Translations under genes and position numbers: made by a program
Notes under the pieces: generated by a model
Database searches by the model: none
Seen by the model: only the letters and a program-made list of their open reading frames with translations
What the model was told of the DNA's origin: nothing
Assembly: GCA_020635175.1 (NCBI GenBank)
Contig: JACKAH010000001.1
Location: 6,088 to 70,087 of the forward strand
Direction: 5' to 3'
Length of the DNA: 64,000 bases
Source of the DNA: Deltaproteobacteria bacterium
GTDB lineage: Bacteria > Bdellovibrionota_C > UBA2361 > J135
Shown: positions 57,123 to 64,000 of the stretch, in pieces
Layout: every line of letters starts with the position of its first letter
Position numbering within the stretch: position 1 is the stretch's first letter

Positions 57123-58109
57123 ATGAGAACACCGATCCTCCTGAGCTTCGTGCTCATCGTGGCGGCCTGCCATCATGGCGGCAGCTCGCCTTCCAAGCCC
57201 AAGAACCCGAACAAGGTCGTGCTCGAGACGAGCATGACCCTGCCGCAGACGCCGTTCCCCATGATCTCGGCGCGCTACACGACCAAGAAGGGTACCCCGA
57301 CCTTCGGGACCTTCATGTTCAACAGCACGCCGCCCGACGCGCTGCACCTCGTGCAGAGCGACTACGACGGCTGGGTCGACTTCATCCTCGACTCGACCTA
57401 CTTCGGTCCGTGGGAAGTGCAGGCGCAGGACGAGTTCGGCGAGAACATGACCGACGTCGCCGAGGTCGATGTGCTGCCGTACGAGTACGCGCTCTTCGCG
57501 AGCTCGACCATCCTCGATCCGAACACCTCGCTCGAGATCGAGGGCTGGGCGGTCAGCGGCAACGGCTTCTACTTCATGCCCGAGAGTGGCAGCGCCGATC
57601 TGTGGGGCTTCGACTCCGTGGTCGGTGAGTGGATGCCGGTCGTGGCCGATATCCCGGTGCCGAGCATGCTCGATCTGAGCGGTGTCGACTTCAGCGGCTT
57701 CGAGCGAGAGGCGGGCTTCCTGCTGATCGGCGAGAGTTCGCTGACGAACGCCACCAGTGCGGTGATCGAGATGAACCTGCCCGACCTGAACCTGGGCGGC
57801 TGGGGCGTCAACGTCTCGCAGAGCGGTGAGAACATCGAGATCGGCAACGGCATGATGGCTCGCAAGGGCGATCCGTTCCACTTCGAGCTCGAGTCGCTCA
57901 ACGGCTGGATGCACGGCAGTGCGTTCGCGACCGCTCTGCACGTCGAGAGCGGTGAGAGCGTCACGCTCGCACTCGCTGCAGGCCAGAACGGCTTCGACTG
58001 GGAGGACTGGCCGCAGTCGACTGCTGCCGGCCTGACCGGGCACTTCCGCATCGGCTTCGAGATCGACGGCGAGCAGGTCAACTTCAACCTGTTCCGACTC
58101 GAGCCCTGA
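57123..58109 (+). CDS. High-GC (foreign codon usage) lipoprotein, unknown function
   Basis: Lipobox LSFVLIVAAC. GC3 is near-saturated (ctc/ctg/gcc/ggc/acg codons throughout), in a genome of about 40% GC. Opposite-strand ORFs of similar length are GC-shadow artefacts. Confidence 0.6.
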   Translation: MRTPILLSFVLIVAACHHGGSSPSKPKNPNKVVLETSMTLPQTPFPMISARYTTKKGTPTFGTFMFNSTPPDALHLVQSDYDGWVDFILDSTYFGPWEVQAQDEFGENMTDVAEVDVLPYEYALFASSTILDPNTSLEIEGWAVSGNGFYFMPESGSADLWGFDSVVGEWMPVVADIPVPSMLDLSGVDFSGFEREAGFLLIGESSLTNATSAVIEMNLPDLNLGGWGVNVSQSGENIEIGNGMMARKGDPFHFELESLNGWMHGSAFATALHVESGESVTLALAAGQNGFDWEDWPQSTAAGLTGHFRIGFEIDGEQVNFNLFRLEP

Positions 58110-58138
58110 TCGCAGGAGAGCATCATGAAGTACGTGCG

Positions 58139-58171
58139 AGCGTCTGGGGTAGCACCGGCTCCCCAGACGCT
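58139..58171 (+). terminator. Hairpin downstream of the high-GC lipoprotein gene (terminator-like, no T-tract)
   Basis: A perfect 11-bp stem agcgtctgggg-tagcaccggc-tccccagacgct. Confidence 0.35.
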
Positions 58172-58498
58172 CCTGCGCGTCGTCTCTCATGACGAATTTG
58201 GTTTATGAATGAAAAAGGATTTCAGTAAGCTTGCCAGGTACATCGTACCGATTTTTACATTTCTTCTATAAATCTAAGTACTTGTTGCTTGATTCTGATG
58301 AGACCCAAGTGCCATTGCTTCTCATAACAATAATGTTCTGATCTTTGTATTAACCCATCTGAGTAAACCTATGTAAGTAAAGGTTTATGGTTGGTGCCTG
58401 TTTGAGTTTTTGATTCAACCAGGCATCCGCCTACAAGTTCACGCTCCTTCATCGGAGCACCATTCTACCGTTCCCGTTCCTCAACCCCGGAGTTCCCA

Positions 58499-59311
58499 AT
58501 GCGTGCTAAGTACGCCCTGCTGCTCTTCGTGCTGCTGATGTTCGCTGCTGCCATCTGGCGCTTCGACCTCATCGGCACGACCAACAGTGTCCCGAGTGCT
58601 CAGGCCATCGCCTCGGAGCACGACCGTGCTCTCGAGCAGATCGATCAGCTTAGCGACGCTCAGCAGTTCGAAGAGCTGAGCAACAACCAAGAAGATCCCG
58701 CTGAGCAGGCCAAGGCCTGGGAGCTGCTTCAACGAATCCAGAACGAAGGGCAGCAACGTCAGCGCGAGAAGAAGCTCGCCAACGAGTCGAAGATCCAGAA
58801 CACGCTCGTCGAGGAGACCGACACGAGCATGCTCAAGCCTGGACCCTCGCTGCCGAATCTCGAGGACGATCCTGTCCTGTGCCTCTTCGCTCTGCTCGAG
58901 CATCGCATCGCGGTGCTCGCTCCCGAGACTGGCAGAGCAGGGATCTACTCCAATCTGCGTGATGGCGTGACCTGCGTCGTCACGAACAACAGCAGAGCGC
59001 TGATCGCTGCCTTCGGCGACGTCTTCCTCGATGGTGGTGAGTTCACGCTGACGAGCTTCAAGGCTCTGATGCTGACCCATCGAGGAACGGACCAGCAGTT
59101 CGACCCGCAACAGGCCTCGGCCTACGCGGTGATCAAGCACTACGAGAGCCTCGACCCCGGCTGGGCATCGCGGCGTCTGCAGAGTTCTGACTACCTCGAG
59201 CGCTTCCAGGCGCTCGTGTTCCCTCAGTACGAGCAGCCGACGCAACCGCAACGCGAGCTCGAGCAGAACGTGGCGCTGCTGCTGCAGTCCTGGTCTCGCA
59301 GCATGCGCTGA
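58499..59311 (+). CDS. High-GC (foreign codon usage) signal-anchored or secreted protein, unknown function
   Basis: RBS ggag 8 nt upstream. N-terminal hydrophobic segment MRAKYALLLFVLLMFAAAIW. The same extreme GC3 as 57123..58109. It is separated from that gene by an AT-rich spacer of about 300 bp. Confidence 0.55.
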   Translation: MRAKYALLLFVLLMFAAAIWRFDLIGTTNSVPSAQAIASEHDRALEQIDQLSDAQQFEELSNNQEDPAEQAKAWELLQRIQNEGQQRQREKKLANESKIQNTLVEETDTSMLKPGPSLPNLEDDPVLCLFALLEHRIAVLAPETGRAGIYSNLRDGVTCVVTNNSRALIAAFGDVFLDGGEFTLTSFKALMLTHRGTDQQFDPQQASAYAVIKHYESLDPGWASRRLQSSDYLERFQALVFPQYEQPTQPQRELEQNVALLLQSWSRSMR

Positions 59312-59327
59312 GCACCAGCGGGAACGG

Positions 59328-59386
59328 CGCGCGGGCGGGCGAGTGACTCAACGAGTCCTCTCCGCCCGCGCGGTTCGTTTCTTTGG
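59328..59386 (+). terminator. GC-rich hairpin with T-tract (intrinsic terminator) ending the high-GC cassette
   Basis: cgcgcgggcgg ... ccgcccgcgcg stem with an internal gactc/gagtc sub-stem, followed by gttcgtttctttgg. Confidence 0.5.
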
Positions 59387-59412
59387 TTTAGAACTTACAT
59401 AGGTTGCTCTAC

Positions 59413-60789
59413 CTATTGTTCCTTTCTTGAAACTATCCTTCGAAGTGTTGACCTATCCATCTGTAGATCTATAGCGGCTTTTACTTGGTTGCCATCATGA
59501 CGTGCGAGTGCTTCTTCTATTAGTGTTAGTTTAAAGTCTTCAACGAGATCATGAAAAGAAGCCTCTGAGTCAGCAGAAAGTTTTTTAGGAGTAAACATTA
59601 AATCATCGGCAATAATACTTACTCGCGATTCAAACTGTGCTTTGTAAGCACCACCTTCAACAATTGCTTGTAATTCCCTTATATTTCCAGGCCAATTGTA
59701 AGCTTGAAGTTTAGCGATAGCGTCGTTCTCTAAAGAAATTACCGAAACTTTTTCAGCAGATCTTAACTTCTCTAAAAAGAATTCAGCTAAAAGCGGGATG
59801 TCCTGCTTTCTTTCTCGTAACGCTGGGATGTGAATTCTAGCATGTGCAATACGGTGGTAGAAATCTTGCCGCACTTTCTTTTCGCTAACGCACTGATCAA
59901 TGTCTTGATTTGAGGCACAGATAAGTCTGAAATCAGATGCAATTTCACCATTTGAGCCGAGTGGTCTGAAAGATTTTTCTTGAAGCACACCAAGTAAACT
60001 GACCTGTGTTTCAAGAGGTAGTTCATCAATTTCATCTAAAAATAGTGTGCCAGTATCAGCTTCAACTAAGAGACCTGATCTGTCAGCATCAGCTCCGGTA
60101 AAAGCACCTTTTTTGTGTCCAAACAGATCGCTATTAACTAAGTCAGGTGTAGAGAAATTAGGCTGGTACCTAACGTATTTACCTTTGCTTCGTTTGCTAA
60201 GTTTATGAATTGCTTGAGCACAGAGTCCTTTGCCGGTTCCTGTTTCTCCTGTGATAAGCAGGGGTTGATCGTTAGAGGCAGCGTATTCGATCTCTTTTCG
60301 AAGTTTTTTAATTGCATCACTTTCGCCAATTATATTCGTAAGGCTGACGCTATCTTTAGATAGTTGTTCGTAGTTTCGTCTCAGATCAGATTGTTTGATG
60401 CCATCTAAGATTAGAGCTGAAAGGTGCGAGATATCAGGGGGCTTTTCTAGAAAACTCGCTGCGCCATTTTTAAGACAGGTTACTCCTAACTCAGGTGTTC
60501 CGTACCCAGTTAAAACTATTACACGACAAGTTGAGTCGTGGTTTAAGATTGATCTTAGCAGCTCAAATCCGCTTTCAGGACCGATGGCTTCATCGATACA
60601 GAGATCTTGTACAATTACTTGTGGTGAATATTCGTGCTGTAAACTTAGGCCCTGTTCTTTGTTTGTTGCGATATGTATCGGGTGAGTAATCCCTGCAGCC
60701 TTTAGTGCTCGAGCTAGACTTAAAATAGCGTCACTATCGTCATCAATTAATAGGATATTCTGATCGCCTGACATGTCAGGTTTATACAC
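59413..60789 (-). CDS. Sigma-54-dependent response regulator (NtrC family)
   Basis: REC domain. AAA+ sigma-54 activation domain (ITGETGTGKGLCAQAIH, GAFTGA, ESFRPLGS). C-terminal HTH. Confidence 0.85.
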   Translation of the reverse strand: MYKPDMSGDQNILLIDDDSDAILSLARALKAAGITHPIHIATNKEQGLSLQHEYSPQVIVQDLCIDEAIGPESGFELLRSILNHDSTCRVIVLTGYGTPELGVTCLKNGAASFLEKPPDISHLSALILDGIKQSDLRRNYEQLSKDSVSLTNIIGESDAIKKLRKEIEYAASNDQPLLITGETGTGKGLCAQAIHKLSKRSKGKYVRYQPNFSTPDLVNSDLFGHKKGAFTGADADRSGLLVEADTGTLFLDEIDELPLETQVSLLGVLQEKSFRPLGSNGEIASDFRLICASNQDIDQCVSEKKVRQDFYHRIAHARIHIPALRERKQDIPLLAEFFLEKLRSAEKVSVISLENDAIAKLQAYNWPGNIRELQAIVEGGAYKAQFESRVSIIADDLMFTPKKLSADSEASFHDLVEDFKLTLIEEALARHDGNQVKAAIDLQMDRSTLRRIVSRKEQ

Positions 60790-60796
60790 TATTTAT

Positions 60797-61390
60797 CTAG
60801 TTTAAAATAGTAAACTGACCATCGATTAAATTTACCTTTAAATCATGGGCGATTAGAATTGCATCGATGATTGGGGGGTAGGGTGAATCGAATTGAAGTT
60901 GTTCACAAAAGAGAGAGGTAAAAGATTCAGTCTTAATATCTTTCTCTAGCCTGACTACATTTAGAGTAATTTTTGAATCAAGTACTGCGGTGATTTTGCA
61001 GTTCTCAAGATTCGCTTTGCTGCAATAATCACTCAGCGTGTGGGCGATTAGTTGAAGAGCTAAGATGAACTTTTGCTTATCAAGATTGTAGCTTTTGCTT
61101 TCTGAAACATTTACCGCAATCTCTGGAGCGTTTTGTAGAATTAAATCTTTTAACTCTTCTGCGTTTAGGCTTTCAATTTTAACTTCACCAGAGCCTAGCT
61201 CTCCACAGAGTTTTAGGATTTCATTTATCTCACGTACCTTTCTTAATCCCCTCTCTGTTTCCCCAGGCTCAAGTTGGGATTGGAAGTAGCTAAGATCGTT
61301 TGAGATAACAGACAGGGGTGTCCGTATCTTGTGTGCTAGGGCTCTGGTTAGAGCATGTATCAGGCGAAGAGTTTCTATCTTTTGCTCCAT
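60797..61390 (-). CDS. HisKA-only histidine-kinase-like / ChpT-like phosphotransferase (no ATP-binding G boxes)
   Basis: H-box LAHKIRTPLSVISNDL. The remaining ~120 aa lack DxGxG and GxGLGL motifs. It lies 8 nt upstream of the sigma-54 regulator on the same strand. Confidence 0.45.
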   Translation of the reverse strand: MEQKIETLRLIHALTRALAHKIRTPLSVISNDLSYFQSQLEPGETERGLRKVREINEILKLCGELGSGEVKIESLNAEELKDLILQNAPEIAVNVSESKSYNLDKQKFILALQLIAHTLSDYCSKANLENCKITAVLDSKITLNVVRLEKDIKTESFTSLFCEQLQFDSPYPPIIDAILIAHDLKVNLIDGQFTILN

Positions 61391-61522
61391 ATTTATAACT
61401 ATGTTCTAAAATAAGCCATAGCTCGTAACACCTTGTTTTCTCAAGTGCATGATTTATATAGTATTTGCCTCCAGTAGTTCAACTACAGAGTGCAGTATAG
61501 GAGAATTCATAGAAGGTAATTA

Positions 61523-61819
61523 ATGATCTCTAAAGAAGAAGTTTTTAAGATTGCCCACCTAGCAAGGATGGCAATCACAGATGCTCAAGCCGAGCATTTC
61601 TCAAAAGAGCTTAGCTCAATTTTTGAACATATCCAAAAACTTAACGAACTTGATGTAAGTGATGTTGAGCCGATGACTCACGTTCATGGCGTGTTTAATG
61701 TCTTTCGCGAAGATCAGGTTGAGCCGTCGCTCGAGATACAAGAAGTCCTAAAGAATGCACCTGATGTAAACGGACAATTTTTTAGAGTTCCAATTATTAA
61801 AGATCACGATTCTGAGTAG
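61523..61819 (+). CDS. gatC: Asp/Glu-tRNA amidotransferase subunit C
   Basis: MISKEEVFKIAHLARMAITDAQAEHFSKELSSIFEHIQKL is the GatC family pattern. It lies immediately upstream of gatA. Confidence 0.85.
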   Translation: MISKEEVFKIAHLARMAITDAQAEHFSKELSSIFEHIQKLNELDVSDVEPMTHVHGVFNVFREDQVEPSLEIQEVLKNAPDVNGQFFRVPIIKDHDSE

Positions 61820-61821
61820 GT

Positions 61822-63285
61822 ATGTCAGATATTACTTTTAAATCCGTCTCTGAGATTCGTCAGGGTCTAGCTAGTAAAGAGTTCTCTTCGGTTGAGATAA
61901 CAAAAGCTTATCTTGATCGCATTGAGCAGCATAAGGACTTGAATGCATTTGTTTCCCTCTCTGCTGAAGATGCGCTTGCTGATGCAAAATTAGCAGATAG
62001 AAAAATTGCATCAGGAGAAGCCTATTCGTTGACTGGTGTTCCGATTGCTCTGAAGGACTTGATGCTATCTAAGAATCAAAAAGCCTCAGCTTGTAGCAAT
62101 ATCATTTCTAATTTTATCTCACCCTATGATTCTACGGTTGTTGTTAAACTTAAGGAAGCGGGTGCGGTGATTGTTGGTAAGACTAACATGGATGAGTTTG
62201 CCATGGGGTCTTCAAATGAAAATTCTGCGTTTGGCCCGGTTAAGAATCCTTGGAACAAAGAGTGTGTTCCAGGAGGATCTAGTGGAGGATCGGCGGCTGC
62301 TGTTTCTGCTCGTCTCGTTCCTCTTGCACTTGGAACAGATACTGGTGGCTCCATTCGGCAACCTGCTTCATTGTCAGGAATTGTTGGTATTAGACCAACC
62401 TATGGTCGAGTAAGTCGCTTTGGAATTATTGCATATGCCTCTTCGTTAGATCAGGTCGGAGCATTTGGAAACAGTGTTAAGGATTGTGCTGAGGTACTTG
62501 AAGTTATAAGCGGACATTGTTTGAAGGATTCGACCTCAATGCAACTGGAAGTTCCTGAGTTTTCTTCGTCTCTCGACTCAGCAATACAGGGCTTAAGGGT
62601 CGGGGTACCAAAGGAATATTTTATTGAAGGAATTGATCCAGAGGTTAAGGTGTCAATTCAAGCAGCGTTAACTAAATTAGAATCTCTTGGTGCAGAGCTT
62701 GTTGAGATATCACTTCCGCACACTGAGTACGCACTAGCAACTTATTACATTATTGCGCCTGCGGAAGCTTCTTCTAATTTAGCTCGTTATGATGGTGTAC
62801 GGTATGGAAAGCGTGCAGAAAAAGCATCTGATCTGCTTGAACTTTATATGCAGACTCGCTCAGAAGGATTTGGTGACGAGGTTAAGCGTCGAATCATGAT
62901 AGGGACATACGTATTATCTACAGGGTACTACGATGCATATTATCTTCATGCTCAAAAAGTTAGGCGACTAGTTAAGCGAGATTTTGATTTAGCCTTTGAC
63001 GAAAAGTGCGATCTGATAGCATGTCCAACTGCACCAACAACGGCATTTAAGATCGGTGAGAAGGTAAACGATCCTCTGCAGATGTACTTGAATGATATCT
63101 TTACAATACCTGTTAACCTAGCTGGATTACCTGGTATGAGTGTTCCATGTGGACTCGATGCAAAAGGACTTCCAATTGGACTTCAACTGATAGGTAAACC
63201 GTTTGATGAATCTACGCTCTTCCGTGTTGGTCATCATTTTGAGCAAGCTACTGAGTGGCATAAACAACTTCCACCGCTTTCGTAG
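61822..63285 (+). CDS. gatA: Asp/Glu-tRNA amidotransferase subunit A
   Basis: Amidase signature [13 protein letters not shown]...[12 protein letters not shown]. 487 aa. Confidence 0.9.
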   Translation: MSDITFKSVSEIRQGLASKEFSSVEITKAYLDRIEQHKDLNAFVSLSAEDALADAKLADRKIASGEAYSLTGVPIALKDLMLSKNQKASACSNIISNFISPYDSTVVVKLKEAGAVIVGKTNMDEFAMGSSNENSAFGPVKNPWNKECVPGGSSGGSAAAVSARLVPLALGTDTGGSIRQPASLSGIVGIRPTYGRVSRFGIIAYASSLDQVGAFGNSVKDCAEVLEVISGHCLKDSTSMQLEVPEFSSSLDSAIQGLRVGVPKEYFIEGIDPEVKVSIQAALTKLESLGAELVEISLPHTEYALATYYIIAPAEASSNLARYDGVRYGKRAEKASDLLELYMQTRSEGFGDEVKRRIMIGTYVLSTGYYDAYYLHAQKVRRLVKRDFDLAFDEKCDLIACPTAPTTAFKIGEKVNDPLQMYLNDIFTIPVNLAGLPGMSVPCGLDAKGLPIGLQLIGKPFDESTLFRVGHHFEQATEWHKQLPPLS

Positions 63286-63293
63286 GAATTTAT

Positions 63294-64000
63294 ATGGATT
63301 ATGAAGCAGTCATAGGTTTAGAGGTTCACGCACAGTTAACTACGTGCTCAAAGATCTTTACTCCTTCCTCAACAGAGTTTGGTCATGGTGTTAATGAACT
63401 AACAGATCCAGTTACTCTTGGAATGCCAGGTTGTTTGCCTGTGCTGAACAAGAAGGTAGTTGAGTATGCGATTATGCTAGGACTCGCTACTGACTGTCAG
63501 ATAAGAAAAAGAAATAGATTTGCACGTAAACACTATTTTTATCCTGACTTGCCTAAAGGCTATCAGATTTCCCAATATGAAGAGCCGATATGCGAGCACG
63601 GTAATATAAAAGTTCGTTTTGATGATACGGTGCGATCCATTGGTATTACTCGTATTCATATGGAAGAAGATGCTGGTAAGAATATCCATGATCCGAGATC
63701 GGGAACTTCGCTTGTGGATCTTAACCGTGCCGGAGTGCCACTACTAGAGATTGTATCGGAGCCAGATTTAAGAACTCCCGCAGAAGCATCTGCTTACTTA
63801 AAGACCATGCGTAAGATTTTACGCTTCTTGGAGATCTGCGATGGCAACATGGAAGAAGGGAGCATGCGTTGCGATGCCAACGTCTCTGTTCGTCCTGTTG
63901 GCGAGACCAAATTTGGAACACGTACTGAACTTAAGAACATCAACTCATTTAAGTTTGTAGAGAAAGCTTTGGAGTATGAGATCGCACGCCAGATAGCTGT
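63294..64000 (+). CDS. gatB: Asp/Glu-tRNA amidotransferase subunit B (3' truncated at window edge)
   Basis: [17 protein letters not shown]...[21 protein letters not shown] is the canonical GatB N-terminus. It is not in the ORF track because it runs off the window. Confidence 0.85.
   Translation, partial: MDYEAVIGLEVHAQLTTCSKIFTPSSTEFGHGVNELTDPVTLGMPGCLPVLNKKVVEYAIMLGLATDCQIRKRNRFARKHYFYPDLPKGYQISQYEEPICEHGNIKVRFDDTVRSIGITRIHMEEDAGKNIHDPRSGTSLVDLNRAGVPLLEIVSEPDLRTPAEASAYLKTMRKILRFLEICDGNMEEGSMRCDANVSVRPVGETKFGTRTELKNINSFKFVEKALEYEIARQIA

Noticed and set aside
57056-58190. Multiple long ORFs on both strands in the track (57056..57628 +, 57108..58190 -, 57469..57678 +, 57569..58126 -, 57629..57829 +)
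   Set aside because: These are classic GC-rich frame shadows. Only the + frame 57123..58109 has a start with a lipoprotein signal and a coherent codon bias. The others are rich in Arg, Ala and Pro and have no start context.
58124-58207. 27-aa ORF (MKYVRASGVAPAPQTLLRVVSHDEFGL) with an AGGAGA SD just after the high-GC lipoprotein gene
   Set aside because: It spans the terminator hairpin and was most likely created by chance in GC-rich sequence. It was kept only as a note.
58481-59351. Antisense ORFs 58481..59251 (-) and 59133..59351 (-)
   Set aside because: They are shadows of the high-GC gene 58499..59311 (+), which has an RBS and an N-terminal signal.
1-64000. CRISPR arrays, IS elements, transposases, integrases and prophage genes
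   Set aside because: None were found. The only short-period repeats are the tRNA-derived 93-bp units and the two structured elements. No recombinase-like ORF is near the tRNA cluster.

Overview
This is a low-GC (about 40% by eye) bacterial chromosomal segment. It looks deltaproteobacterium- or Bdellovibrio-like: the pilins carry FTLIELLVVVAIIG...AIPQFSAY, and CcmE has the CxxxY heme motif. The segment is gene-dense and mostly housekeeping. Main contents, in order along the window:

- The 3' end of an OmpR-type response regulator and a PAS sensor histidine kinase.
- A minor-pilin operon (FimT/FimU-like, PilV-like, PilW-like, PilX-like) ending in a 1261-aa PilY1 with an N-terminal vWA domain.
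- Two tandem copies of a roughly 190-nt structured non-coding element.
- A 1799-aa tandem-fused double UvrA with four ABC ATPase domains.
- A hybrid histidine kinase flanked by two receiver domains, then an acyl-CoA thioesterase, yraN, rnhB, clpB, a LOG-family protein, galU, and a sigma-54 activator.
- A cluster of glycosylation-like membrane proteins with a TSP3-like calcium-binding secreted protein, then engB.
- A System I cytochrome c maturation cluster (ccmF, a small ORF, ccmA, ccmB, ccmC), with ccmE displaced by two GT-C-like membrane proteins.
- An M23 peptidase, rpoH, then pilB and pilC. After those come two tandem type IVa major-pilin genes followed by a DUF2723/TMEM260-like GT-C membrane protein.
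- A FliL-like protein, an M42 peptidase and a quinone oxidoreductase.
- A tRNA cluster: Arg(ACG) on the minus strand, Ser(UGA), Ser(GCU), tadA and Ser(GGA) on the plus strand, plus tRNA-derived 93-bp tandem repeats and an inverted tRNA 3' fragment.
- Directly after the tRNAs, a probable foreign island. It holds a collagen-like Gly-X-Y protein and two genes with very high GC and GC3 (a lipoprotein and a signal-anchored protein), separated by AT-rich spacers.
- A HisKA-only (ChpT-like) protein with a second sigma-54 activator, then gatC, gatA and gatB.

No CRISPR array, transposase or integrase was seen. The most unusual items are the high-GC island next to the tRNAs, the fused double UvrA, the structured tandem repeat, the pilin-linked GT-C protein and the CxxxY CcmE.
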